Shown: one piece after another, positions 25,117-36,775 of the stretch
Layout of the letters: each line of letters begins with the position of its first letter
Position numbering within the stretch: position 1 is the stretch's first letter
Source: Octopus vulgaris
Lineage: Eukaryota
Assembly (NCBI GenBank): GCA_951406725.2
Contig: OX597822.1
Coordinates: 81,902,001 to 81,966,000 of the forward strand
Length of the DNA: 64,000 bases
Direction of reading: 5' to 3'
Position numbers and translations under genes: made by a program
The notes under the pieces: model-generated
What the model was told of the DNA's origin: nothing
Seen by the model: the letters and a program-made list of their open reading frames with translations, nothing else
Database searches by the model: none

Positions 25117-26049
25117 GACTTCACTAGCATGTTTGGTCTTGGTTGCTAACTAGATGTGTGAAGGAGGGAGGCGGTGCTTTGTTTTTAGAAATACTTGCTG
25201 CAGTTTATTTTCTCATTAACTGCATCTTTATATATGGTGTTGAAAATATGTGTGTATAATTGCACATACACACACACACATAAGTGAAGTACCTGTCAAA
25301 AATGATGCAGTTTTTCAACTTTCATTAATTCTTAACGTTTCTAACGCTTCAAGCTTTTCTCAATTTTCTCCTCATATATCATTTTGTCATCTTTCGGCTA
25401 TTCCCAATTTCTTTTTTTTACCTCCAAACTTGCCTGTTTTTTATTGTCTTAAAAAAGACCAGCGAACCGAATACCATAACCTCTACAAGAAAACGAAAAT
25501 ATCTACCCTGTGGACCCAAATGAAAAGCAGCTTTTTTTCTCTCTCTCTTGTGTTCTGGGCAAATGGAGTTCGTTGAATGAACAGGCCTATACTCAAAAGC
25601 GTTCCAGTCATGACCATTTCGTGGTGTTTGGAATGGGATAATCCTACGTATTCTTCATATTCGTTACAAAAAAAAAACAGCGATAGGATATGAACTGAGG
25701 GAGATTTAGCTGCTGTTTCCAACAGTTCGGGTAACTTTGTAGAGGCTTCCTATTTCACTGTGACGTCTCTATTTTGAGAAGGTGCAAAGGACATGATTGA
25801 TACCAATATCAGGGCAATGATAGAAGTTTCCAGCGAGGAAACAGTCGATCGTATTGACTGACCATTCATTTTATTTAACCTGGAATGATAAAAGATACAG
25901 CTCACCACGATGGGATTTGAATTCAGATGGTAAAAGAACGGGCATTAATACCACAAGGTATTTATCCTCATTTTTCTTCAATCTCTGAAGGATATGGGAA
26001 TAAATACCTGGCGATGTTTGTTCCCGCACTTTACAGATAAACAAATAGA

Positions 26050-26547
26050 TTGCTTTTATCTATTTAAGTCATTGGACCCAGGCCATGCTAGAGCATTACT
26101 TTGAAGGGTTTTTTTTTTTAGTTGAACACTTCGACGCCTGTGCTTTTTTTTTTTTTTTTTTGATGTCTATTATTTTATCGTTCGCTTCTGACACCAAGTT
26201 AAAGGAACGGAAACAAACCAACGGTGGTCAAGCGGTGTTGGGAGACAGACACAAAACACACACACATACATACACATACAAACATACATACACACACGCA
26301 TATACATATACATACGTATACATATATTCTTTTATTCTTTAGTGTTCCCTCTCTACGGCCATGCTGGAGCACCACCTTGAATTTTTAGTTGAATGAATCA
26401 ACCGCAGTATAATTATTTTTTAATTAAGTTTGGTAATTATTCTTTCAGTCTCTTTTGCTGACTTGCTAAGTTGCAGGGACATGAACATGCCAACATCGGT
26501 TGTTTAGCAATGGTGGCGGGGGGGGGGGGGGGGAAACAAAGACAGGC

Positions 26548-26584
<37 letters not shown>

Positions 26585-26950
26585 CGCAGGAGTGGCTGTG
26601 TGGTAAGTGGCTTGCTTACCAACCACATGGTTCCGCGTGGCACCTTGGGCAAGTGTCTTCTAATATAGCTTTGGGCCGACCAAAGCTTTGTGAGTGGATT
26701 TGGTAGATGGAAACTGAAAGAAGCCTGTCGTATATATATGTGTGTGTGTATGTTTGTGTGTCTGTCTTTGTCCCCCACCATCGCCTGACAACCGATGTTG
26801 GTGTGTTTACGTCCCCGTAACTTAGCGGTTCAGCAGAAGAGACCGATATGATAAGTACTAGGCTTACAAAGAATAAGTCCTGGGGGGTCGATTTGTTCGT
26901 CTAAAAGGCAGTGCTCCAGCATGGCCGCAGTCAAATGACTGAAACAAAAA
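26050..26950. mobile_element. Cluster of family A SINEs (two minus partial copies, one plus full copy at 26583-26950)
   Basis: Inverted copies separated only by (TA)n. Confidence 0.8.
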
Positions 26951-27052
26951 GGAAAAAAAAAACAATTAAAATTTAGCTAAAGACAGGTTTTATGTATCAC
27001 AACAAACAGCTCTTTCTTTCTTTCTTTCTTTTTTCTCTCTTTCTCCCTCAAT

Positions 27053-27084
<32 letters not shown>

Positions 27085-27819
27085 AGTACATGCCTCTATC
27101 AAAAACGAGTTGTTTACAGTCATGAATTATGTATAAATATCCAATGAAAAATTGCGTTGAGGCTCTCTTTATACTTCCATACACAAACTTAATAAGTTTT
27201 GTGCGTAGAATGTTATGCATAGATTTATGTTAATACAGGTTTCGTGCACTCATTCGTGTCGTTTGTTAACCCCCAAGTCTGCCCTGATCCAGCCCTACCC
27301 TGTATTCCATCCATGACCATCATTCATTAGCCTAGTACCCTTTCTTTGTCAATATGGAAGGATGTAATTATTTGGAGCTGATGTAGTAGTCCCCTCGTCT
27401 CGTGTTTATCAGCAGTTACTGCACATAGATTAAGTGAAGCAGGGGTGGAAAGGATTACGAATTAAGGCTTCTGTGCCTTAAGGCTTAATAGCATTGTCTG
27501 CTCTGTAAGAATAAGAATGCAATGAGAAAGCAGAGCGTCGTATTTTTAATGATGTCTTACAAACTATTATTATCTGGCTGTTAGTGTTTAGCTGTGAACT
27601 TGAAAGGGAGTTGCTTGCTATCTCTAGCAAGTCGAGGGTCCTAGTACAGGCTTCCTCACTGGCTCCACATTCTCTTTACTGACAGTGCGGAAATATAAAT
27701 TAATTTGATTCTGTACTGGGAACTGTTATATATGTGTGCGTGTGTGTTTATGTCTATCTTAAAAGAGGCATTCGTACTGAAATCACACACAAACACACAC
27801 ATACATTCAATTCTATGCA

Positions 27820-28120
27820 ACCGGCCGTTTTCGTAACGACAAACGTGTAGGGAGAAATTTACTGTTTTTTAATGCCGTTTTTTAATGCCGTCAGAGCAAA
27901 TTATATACCGTTATTTATTGTTATTATTATTAACTGTTATCATCAATGCTGATTGCCGCCACCGACCGAATGAATCGCTCGACTGTCGTCACAAGTCCCA
28001 AGGCGACCCGCCCCCCACTCGCCATCCTATACCTACAATGACAAGCTGAGACTTTATTTGTGAAACAGCTGGAGAAATATTGTTAGAAAGCGGCCGACGA
28101 CGTATACGTATGTAGTTACA
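27820..28120 (+). promoter_or_regulatory. CpG-rich promoter-like region upstream of the 28284 exon
   Basis: Dense CpGs in unique sequence (ccggccg, gccgccaccgaccg, cccgcccc GC-box, gcggccgacgacg) against a CpG-poor background. Confidence 0.5.
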
Positions 28121-28283
28121 GTTGAGGCTATCTTCGTCTATCTGTCTTTAAGTTTATTCTCTCCTCGAACTATGAACTACCATAATACCGGATTGCTGTG
28201 TGGATAAATAATAGCATACTCACATCTACGTATATATATACATATATTTACATATCGTTGGAATTGTACCGTTGGTTGTAACC

Positions 28284-28319
28284 ATGAAGATGTTTAATCC
28301 TTACAAATATTACTGCAAG
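28284..28319 (+). CDS. Candidate alternative first coding exon (MKMFNPYKYYCK)
   Basis: accATG context, AAG|gtactg phase-0 donor, directly downstream of a CpG-rich promoter-like segment. The join gives PYKYYCK-GVNGFEEL, resembling the aromatic motif that precedes FCH domains. Confidence 0.55.
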
Positions 28320-28676
28320 GTACTGTATTAATTAATTTTAAGTTTTTATTTGTTAGTTAATGTTATTTGATCTCCTCACATGGTGTGTTTAAAGCGAAAC
28401 CATTACATACATGGTGGTATTGTCATGATAAAAACACATGTAACATTATATTCACATTTGTTTTGATTTAGCGAACTGGTTTGTTCTTTTGTAATAGAAT
28501 TATATACTAAAAAGTTTCACTGTCAGGTTACTGACACAGTTTCACTACATTTTATAGTTTAATCATTATTGTGAAGTAGTAATATAACTATAGAAAGAAT
28601 GGTAGGTGACGATCGGTAGCGGCCTTGCTTCATTTACTGTGGTTTTTACATTCTGGGTTCAAATCTCAGAATACAA

Positions 28677-28736
28677 AGACTTGCTCTTAACTTATCTCGG
28701 ATCAATAGACTTGCATTTAACTTATCTCGGATCAAT
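28677..28736. repeat. 30-bp tandem duplication
   Basis: agacttgcNNttaacttatctcggatcaat twice. Confidence 0.9.
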
Positions 28737-28873
28737 AATCGACTATGCAAATTTCTGGCCTGGTACGGTTCTTGGAAATTATTTTTGTTGACGCTTAGTT
28801 TGGTCGTCTTGCATTCTTTTTTTTTTTTTTTTGACTAGGAAAAGACAATGGATTTTAAGACAGGCAGAATCGA

Positions 28874-29272
28874 AGGCGGCGAGCTGGCAGAAACGTTAGC
28901 ACGCCGGGCGAAATGCATAGCGGTATTTCGTCTCTTTACGTTCTGAGTTCAAATTCCACCGAGATCGACTTTGCCTTTCATCCTTTCGGGGTCGATAAAT
29001 TAAGTACCAGTTACGCACTGGGATCGATATAATCGACTTAATCCGTATGTCTGTCCTTGTTTGTCTTCTCCTCTGTGTTTAGCCCCTTGTGGGTAGTAAA
29101 GAAATAGACATTTCGTCTGTCTTTATGTTCTGAGTTCAAATTCCGCTGAGGTTGACTTTGCCTTTCATCCTTTCGGGGTCGATAAATTAAGTACCAGTTG
29201 CATACTTGGGTCGATCTAATCTACTAGCGCCCCTCCTCCAAAATTTCGGGCTTTGTGCCTAGAGTAGAAAAG
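28874..29272 (+). mobile_element. Dimeric SINE family B
   Basis: Full monomer followed by a headless second unit with a different tail. Confidence 0.85.
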
Positions 29273-30529
29273 ACAGGTAAAATAGATAGAGCATTTGACA
29301 AAATACTTTGCGGTATTTAGTTTCGTCGCTTCACGTTGCGTGAATATAAATCCCACCAAGGTCAACTTTGCCTTTCATTCTTCCGGGGGCGGGTTGACAA
29401 TATCGTCTATACCCCCACTATCCACCACCGCACATACAATGTGTGGCGTTTTGTTTATGATAGAAAATTTGGGCGTCTTTTTTTATCGCTTCTATGACAT
29501 CTCTGTTTATCGAAAATTAAAATTATATAAACAGGTAAAAGCAAACATACTGGTAATTTGGTGAAGGTTTATCTTTTTTTTTTTCACGTTATAATTTCTC
29601 CCGTAATTAAGCGGGGTTTCATTCTACTAAAATTATTAGATAGTAGTTTTGATGGCCAGCTAGGATAAGAAGCAATTTATTTGTGAACCGGCTTTTAACA
29701 TCAGTCCTTTTCAGTCGTGTGGCATATTTGGAGCTTGGGCAGTTCGTTAACCAGAGGATCATAAGGGTGGGGAACGAAATTTGCTTAAGGGTCGCAAACC
29801 TAAGTCAACTCCAGATGTTCCACCTCAAAAAATTAAGGGGTATGCTTGCACACCCGGCACCCCTTCTTCCCGAGCCTATGCAAGAGGTCCTTTATTACCA
29901 GGTGTCGATCAAACAGCATGCAGTTACATCATCCATTTAATACACGCGCTTCTATTATTTTGTGTAATTATATTTCAGTTTCTGCATTTTCAAAAAAATT
30001 ATCTAAGTTAAACGCATTTTACATAAAGTCAGACATTACAGTTCTAATTTTGATTCAGATTCATTTAATACATTTAACGATTATCCGTTTACCCTATACT
30101 TTACATGATTAATTAATTAATTAGCTTCATTTCAGTGCCTTTCTCTTTGTTGATCACCATTATTAAAAATCTTCCAAACATATTAGGCACCCTTATGACA
30201 AGGAAAAACAATTATAATTACTCTTAATACACCCATGATTTGGCGAATCAGTCGAGGAAATTCATGGTTCCTCGTTGCAATGAAAGAGAAGAGAAAAACA
30301 CTAGGAAACATGGCGTCATAAGTTACAATGGAAATCCAACAGAAAGCCAGAAGAATTTTAAGAAGAAATACAAAGTGTCTTTTATTCTTCACTCCTTTTC
30401 TCTAATGCTAGTCTTGAGTTGTATTCTTTTATTCTTCCGGTTTTGCCAAACCACTAAGTTAAGTGGATGAAAACAAACCAACACTGGTTGTCAAGCAGTT
30501 GAGAGCCAAACAAAAATTCAGATACATTG

Positions 30530-30748
30530 TTCTTTTACTCTTTTACTTGTTTCAGTCATTTGACTGCAGCTATGCTGGAGCACTGCCTTTAGTTGACCAA
30601 ATCGACCCCAGGACTTATTCTTTGTAAGCCTAGTACTTATTCGATCGGTCTCTGTTGCCAAACTGCTAAGTTACGGGGATGTAAATACACCAACATCGGT
30701 TGTCAAGCGATGGTGGGAGGACAATCACAGACACACAAATACATATAA

Positions 30749-30805
<57 letters not shown>

Positions 30806-30985
30806 TATACATATATATATTTGACTGGCTTCTTTCAGTTTCCATTTATCAAAAGCACTCGCAAGGCTTTGGTCAGCCTGAGGTTATAGTAGAAGACACT
30901 TGTTCAAGGTTCCACGCAGTGGGACTGCACCCGGAACCATGTGGTTGGGAAGCAAGCTTCTTACCACACAGCTACTCTTGCTCCT
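30530..30985 (-). mobile_element. SINE family A
   Basis: Full-length reverse match with expanded (TA)n. Confidence 0.85.
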
Positions 30986-31745
30986 ATATACACATTCTAT
31001 ATGTGTGTATAGTTAAATAAGATTTGGGCCAAAGTCTTGTATGCTTTATCCAGCATTCTGACACTGAGTGAAATGACTGTATGATCTAAGAAAGGACTTC
31101 TCTAAACGATCACCTGAGGAGGCACATTTTACACCTTGGGTGTACGATAATGATTACACAACCTGTCACCAGCGTACTAATGGTGTAATTCCATTTTCTA
31201 TCATTTATCTACACACACTCATACACACATGCATGCATGCACACACAATGTGCTTCTGCAGTTTCTGTCCACCAAATTCACTCACAAGACATCATTTCAA
31301 TCTGGGGCTTTCCGAAGGTACTGCGCAATGGAACTGATTCCAAAGCTGCAAAGTTTTGAAGTCTATTTCTTAACCACACGACCATGCATGCAAGCATTTT
31401 CTGAAATCCCAAGAAATTCCTCAGCCCAGATATACTGTATCCCTGGCATATCTCTCTCATAAGGCCCTGAATAACACATTAAAGTTCAGCTCATTTAACA
31501 TGAAAAGAAATCCTTAAACATTTCTTTTGCATTTTCTTTTTTTTTTTTCATTTTTGTTGTTGTTATTTAACATTAATATTAAACATAAGAAGTTTCAATG
31601 TTGACCTTGTTCTATTCTTAGAAATCATGATTATCCTTCAAATACTGGTGTTGATATAATCAAATCTTCTTTCTACTCTAGATTTGAGATCTTGTTGTAC
31701 CTGATTTAGAAATTATTATTATTATCATTATTATTAATATTTTTA

Positions 31746-32200
31746 TGGTAGTGAGCTGGCAGAATCGTTAGCACGTTGGATGAAATTCTTAGCGATATTT
31801 CGCCCATCGCTATGTTCTGAGTTCAAATTCAGCTGAGGTCAACTTTGCCTTTCATCCTTTTGGGGGTCAATAAATTAAGTACCAGTTACACACTGGGATT
31901 GATGTAAATGATTAGCCCTCCTCTCCTCGCAAATTTCAGGCCTTTTGCCTATAGTAGAAATTACTATTATTATTATTATTATTATTGGTAGCAAGCTGGC
32001 AGAATTGTTAGCATGCTGGACAAAATGCTTAGCAATATTTCGCCCATCACTATGTTCTGAGTTTGAATCCTGCTGAGGTCAACTTTGCCTTTCATCCTTT
32101 TAGCATTGATAAATTAATACCAGTTGCATATTGGGGTTGACGTAAACAGCTAGCCCCCAACTCTCCAAAATTTTGGGCCTTGTGCCTAGAGTAGAAAAGA
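31746..32200 (+). mobile_element. Two tandem family B SINEs, CpG-decayed
   Basis: Two matches separated by (tta)n. Confidence 0.8.
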
Positions 32201-33628
32201 ATATTATATAATTTGTATACAATACTATGATAATAATTATAATAAATTCATAGCGTCCCTCAATCCACTACCTTCTTCCTAGCCCCTTTTTTACTACCAC
32301 CCCCTTAAGCACTAGCGCCCCACAGGGGTGGGGTGGCAGTAGCACTTACTTTGAGAACCTATGGTCTAAAACATGTCTGTGTGTCTACTTATATACAACA
32401 CAAACACACAATCATTTTACACATTAAGAAAACATGCATACAATTTAACTGTGTCTTCTAATGTTTAGCACAAAGACTCAATTACTACAAACATCAAGAA
32501 AATATGCAACATGAACCGTCACGCTTGTTAATTTACTGAGGTTGGTGCATATCCTTGGTATTGCAAAGTCTGGCTGCTACTAACTGCTAACCTTAAACTG
32601 CTGCAAGTAAATGCTTGCGACAGTGTATGGACAAAAGCTTAATACATTGTTGAAACTCTAGTCTGAAAAATAAAATCAAGACTGTTAATTTTAAAACATC
32701 TGTATTTCATTTGGTGCTTCCCTCCGACCACCCTATCTCAAAGTCCTCTCCCCATTCCCTCCCCTATCTCACTGCAAAATTCCCTTTCTTGGGGGGCCTT
32801 AAGTTCCGATCAACTGGTGCATTATAAATCTGTTGCGATGAGGGTAACACGCTAGCTAATGTGATTTATTTGGCTTTTATTTTCTTTGGGTGTTGTTTTT
32901 GCCCTCTAAGCAAGGTTTTACAAAATTATTTTTTGTTTTGTTTGGGAAGTAGTGGGAAGTGGGGGTGATGTACTTAATCCTGTTTCAACTTCTGTGTGTT
33001 ATTCTTTGTATTATTCTTTGTATGTACATGTGTGTATATATATATATATATATTTATGTAGATGTGTGTTGGTCTATGTGAATACATATGTATGTTGGTC
33101 TATTTGTGTATATGTATGTATGTATATTTGTGTGTTTTGTATCCATTGTTACTGAAGGAAATGGGAAAATGAGACAAAAAAATAATGAAAACATTTGGGG
33201 TAAAGGAAACGGAAAGAAATGGTGATTCCCAGTGAAGGTGGCTGGGAGTAGAAGGCAAACATTCCAGTTCCCTTGTGGATAAAATACTGGAGAAATTACC
33301 CGATGTCATATAGAAGTTCTTTTATTTCAGTATAATGAAACAATTGTTTAGATATGTGGTGATATATGAGCGAAGGAGGATTACCAAAGGGCTCTGAAGG
33401 ATAATTATGGTAATTGTGATGCTGGTGGCAAGGAGGGGGGTTACACCCTTATCACTTTAAATGTAACCTTATCCAGGGGAAGATAACTCTTGGTTACCTT
33501 GTAGATGAAACACCAAGAGATTTTGTTAGATTGAGCTAACATAATAATGAAAGCCATTCCACTTGTGACAGTCCTGTCTCTATGAAGGGAGTGTGGGACC
33601 AGATTAATTAATGTATTTGCTCATTTAA

Positions 33629-33844
33629 TCCTTTAGCATTCGGATTATTCTGTCCAATCTTGTGCTTATTTATTCATGCTGTTGTCAATTAATCATGCAT
33701 TGTAGCTTTGAGATTTCGATGATGTAACTGTTTACTTTTAGAATGACATTGTAGGGTAGGTATGAAAAGTTGGATCTGGCCAGTTTGATCATGAAACAGG
33801 AAGAATATTTGGGCTGTATTATGGTCAGTTTAATTGCTAAAGGG
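33629..33844. mobile_element. piggyBac-like MITE, second family
   Basis: TTAA flanks, cctttagca / tgctaaaggg TIR; other copies at 44512-44726 and a reverse fragment at ~2350-2472. Confidence 0.75.
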
Positions 33845-35806
33845 TTAAGATGAGATGATGGGGCATGATTATGCAGGAGATTTAGGTTACTATTTCAAGC
33901 AAATTGAGTAACTATGTAGAAGCTTCTTTGTTGGCTCCTTTGTTCTGGAGTGGAGTGCAGTCATCCTCTTCAGTTCATAGGAAAGGTCAGAACTCACCCT
34001 CCCCTGCAAGTAAACAAAAACATTCTATATAAATTAACTGCTCAGATTTTAGTATATATAATTATTGATTTCCTACATTGGTGCTACATGAATGAGCAAA
34101 ATCAATAATAACTTTATTTTATTAACCCTACCCCTGTATTTTATTGGTATTTTATTTTATTGATCCTTGGAAAGATGAAATGTAAAATTGATCATAGCAG
34201 TGTTTGAACTCAGAACATAAAAAGAAACCATAACTAAATGCTGGATCCACCACAAGATCTAGTGTTTTGTTTTGTTTTGGTGTGGCGGGTTATGTCTCAA
34301 TGACCCTGAGAACTAAACCAGTGGAGTACAACCTCTGGTTGGGTTTCCCATGCTGAACAGGTCAAAGGTTAGAGGCCAGACTAATATAGGCCACCTCTTT
34401 CCTGAGGTAAAAATGGGTTTGCATGAGGTCAACATCCTCCCACACTTAGGGAAAAAGCAAAGTTACAAAAGCAGTGAAACTAACAAAACCTGGAAGAGAG
34501 AGGGCCTCAAAGAAGAGCAGATCTTGAGGTGCAAGTGAGGATTGACAGGTCACACTATAAATCCCTGGGTTGACAACAGTATAGGTCACCGATGACCTAT
34601 GTTCTTAGGCAGCAAAGAGCTTATAAATAATGCATAGTGTTTTTGTCCGACATTTTTGCAGTTTTGCAAATCCAAATGATATACGACCTTATAAGTACTA
34701 ATTTGAGGCTGAATAGAACAATGGATTCTCGTGCTGAATCTATCAATTACTGGGTGACTGTTTTTACTGATTATACTAGTTGTGTTTGCTGTTTCATAAA
34801 ATTAAAATTAAATAATTGGTACAAATTGTTTGTTATAATATCTTGTTTGAAAAGATAGCATTACAAGTGTTCTGTTATCTGCTCAGTCAAAGATGACTTG
34901 TGGTTAAATAATATCCTAATCAATTTGTTTTGTCATCAATAATCATTGGCCTCTATTTTCCAGTTAACTGGTTCAGTGGTGTCTCTTCCTGAAAGTCATG
35001 TAGATTATAGAGAGTGCCATAGTTTAGTGGGTTGTTGGGGCACCATTGAAATCTTTGTCTCCATGTGCCACAATTTATCTGTGTTACATCAGCATTTGGT
35101 TAGAGCAGCTCTAAGAAATAGCAGTCAAATCACGTTCAAATCACACCCAACCGCCTTAAGAAAGGGAAGGGCTTGACGTACAAAAGCATGGAATAAAATA
35201 TCCACAGCTGAAACACCTTTTGGTCATAGGTTTACTCAGTTGCGGCTGACCCAGGGCTAAACAACAAATAGTATTATGAACAACAGCATGTTGTTAGCAT
35301 TAAGTGGTGGTGGTGGTGGTGGTGCTTCTTTACAGCTAGTTGATCTAGTTTATTCATGAATGACATCTGATTGATACATGGCTGTACTCACAGCTCAGTC
35401 ACTCAGCCATTTAATGTGCTTAATTTATTGTGAATCCATTTCAATAGGCTGGTTAATTGTAGGAACAGAAAAGTCAATTGTGTGGCAACAGGAAAGGCAT
35501 CCAGCTATGGAAAATCTGCCTCAACAAATTCCATCTGACCTTTGCAAGCAAGAAAAAGGGGACATTATGATGATGATGATAAACAGTGTTACTTCATTAG
35601 AAATAGTCCTAAAAGGGTTGAATCCATTTCTCAACTCAGTCTTTCGCCTACTGCATCTAAGATTAGTGGTTTTGTTTTCTTTTTTTCTTTTTGTGTCCAA
35701 AGGTAGTATTGATAATAAATTTCAATACAGTTCTGTATTTAAAAGATGAGGAATTATGTACATTATTTATATTTGACGGATATTTGTCCTCATCTTGTTT
35801 GTTGTT

Positions 35807-35852
35807 AACACAACGTTTAGGCTGATATACCCTCCAGCCTTCATCAGGTGTC
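35807..35852 (-). ncRNA. Hammerhead motif with GAAA mutated to TAAA (probably inactive)
   Basis: Reverse strand reads gacac-CTGATGA-aggctg...cagcc-TAAA-cgtt-gtgtt. Confidence 0.65.
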
Positions 35853-35997
35853 TTGGGGAAATTTTGAACCTGGGTTCTCATTCCTAAGGTATTTTTCGAT
35901 GTTATTATTATTATTATTCAGGTCACTGCCTGGAATCGAACTCGGAATCTTGGGGTTAGAAGCCCGCGCTCTTAACCACTACGATTCCAGGCAGTGG

Positions 35998-36032
<35 letters not shown>

Positions 36033-36079
36033 TTGAAAAATACCATAGGAATGAGAACCTAGGTTCGAAATTTCCCCAA

Positions 36080-36125
36080 GGCACCTGATGAAGGCTGGAG
36101 GGTATATCAGCCGAAACGTTGTGTT
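36080..36125 (+). ncRNA. Minimal type-I hammerhead ribozyme motif, core intact
   Basis: ggcac-CTGATGA-a-GGCTG(gagggtatat)CAGCC-GAAA-CGTT-gtgtt: stem I, core, stem II, palindromic AACGTT stem III, GUU cleavage triplet. Confidence 0.8.
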
Positions 36126-36529
36126 AACAACAAACAAGATGAGGACAAATATCCATCAAATGTAAATTGAATATACTTGAGTTGCTTTAACACTGTATTT
36201 CTCAACTGGGGCTCTATATGACCCTTGAGGCGGGGTCCACATAAGATTTTGTTGTTGAAACTTATGTGCAATAAACTGGTTATTCTTCTACAAAACACAA
36301 AATATTTTAACGATTATTTTACACAATTCCCCAGGATAATTATTAATAACGAAAATGCAATAGTATTTTTTAATCATTGAATGGCTGTAAGGGACCATCC
36401 AAGGAAAATAGAAACCTAAGGGGTCCCTAGGCAAAGAATGGTTGAGAACCCCTGGTTTGGCATAACTCCTCTTGTCTTTCCACTGCAGTAGTGATTATCT
36501 CATTGGCATTGCACTATAACAATCTTTCC

Positions 36530-36775
36530 TTATTGTGTCTGGGGAAATTCATTATCTTTTAGTACCTTATTATTTAACACACTAACCAGTTTGATTTTCA
36601 CTGCGTCTTGCAACCTTTTCAATAGTCATTGAATGGACAGAATCAACACCTATTGAAAAGGTTGCAAGACGCTACGAAAATTTTAGAAAGACTAAATAAT
36701 TGAGTGGAAATCGAACTAGTGAGTTTGTTAAATTATAAGGCACTAAAAAAGAATGACTCTCCCCAGACACAATAA
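36530..36775. mobile_element. Second fold-back element family with a U3-A8 hammerhead variant
   Basis: Outer arms ttattgtgtctgggga... / ...tccccagacacaataa; perfect inner arms 36603-36625 / 36650-36672; ribozyme-like motif 36650-36686. Confidence 0.65.

Larger units (their letters stand above)
35724..36167. mobile_element. Fold-back tRNA-headed, hammerhead-bearing Penelope-associated element, copy A
   Basis: Minus arm 35724-35983 (tRNA head, (aat)n, ribozyme, tail) joined through a CG microhomology to a 5'-truncated plus arm 35982-36167. Confidence 0.8.

Noticed and set aside
30264-30374. ORF MVPRCNEREEK...FKKKYK ending in phase 0
   Set aside because: The donor AAA|gtgtct is very weak and abuts a SINE tail.
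32570-32682. Minus-strand exon-like segment with a strong acceptor
   Set aside because: All frames hit stops and no partner exons were found.
35921-35983. tRNA-Arg gene on the minus strand
   Set aside because: 5' acceptor strand missing, anticodon differs between copies, and it is embedded in a repeat; it is a SINE-type head.
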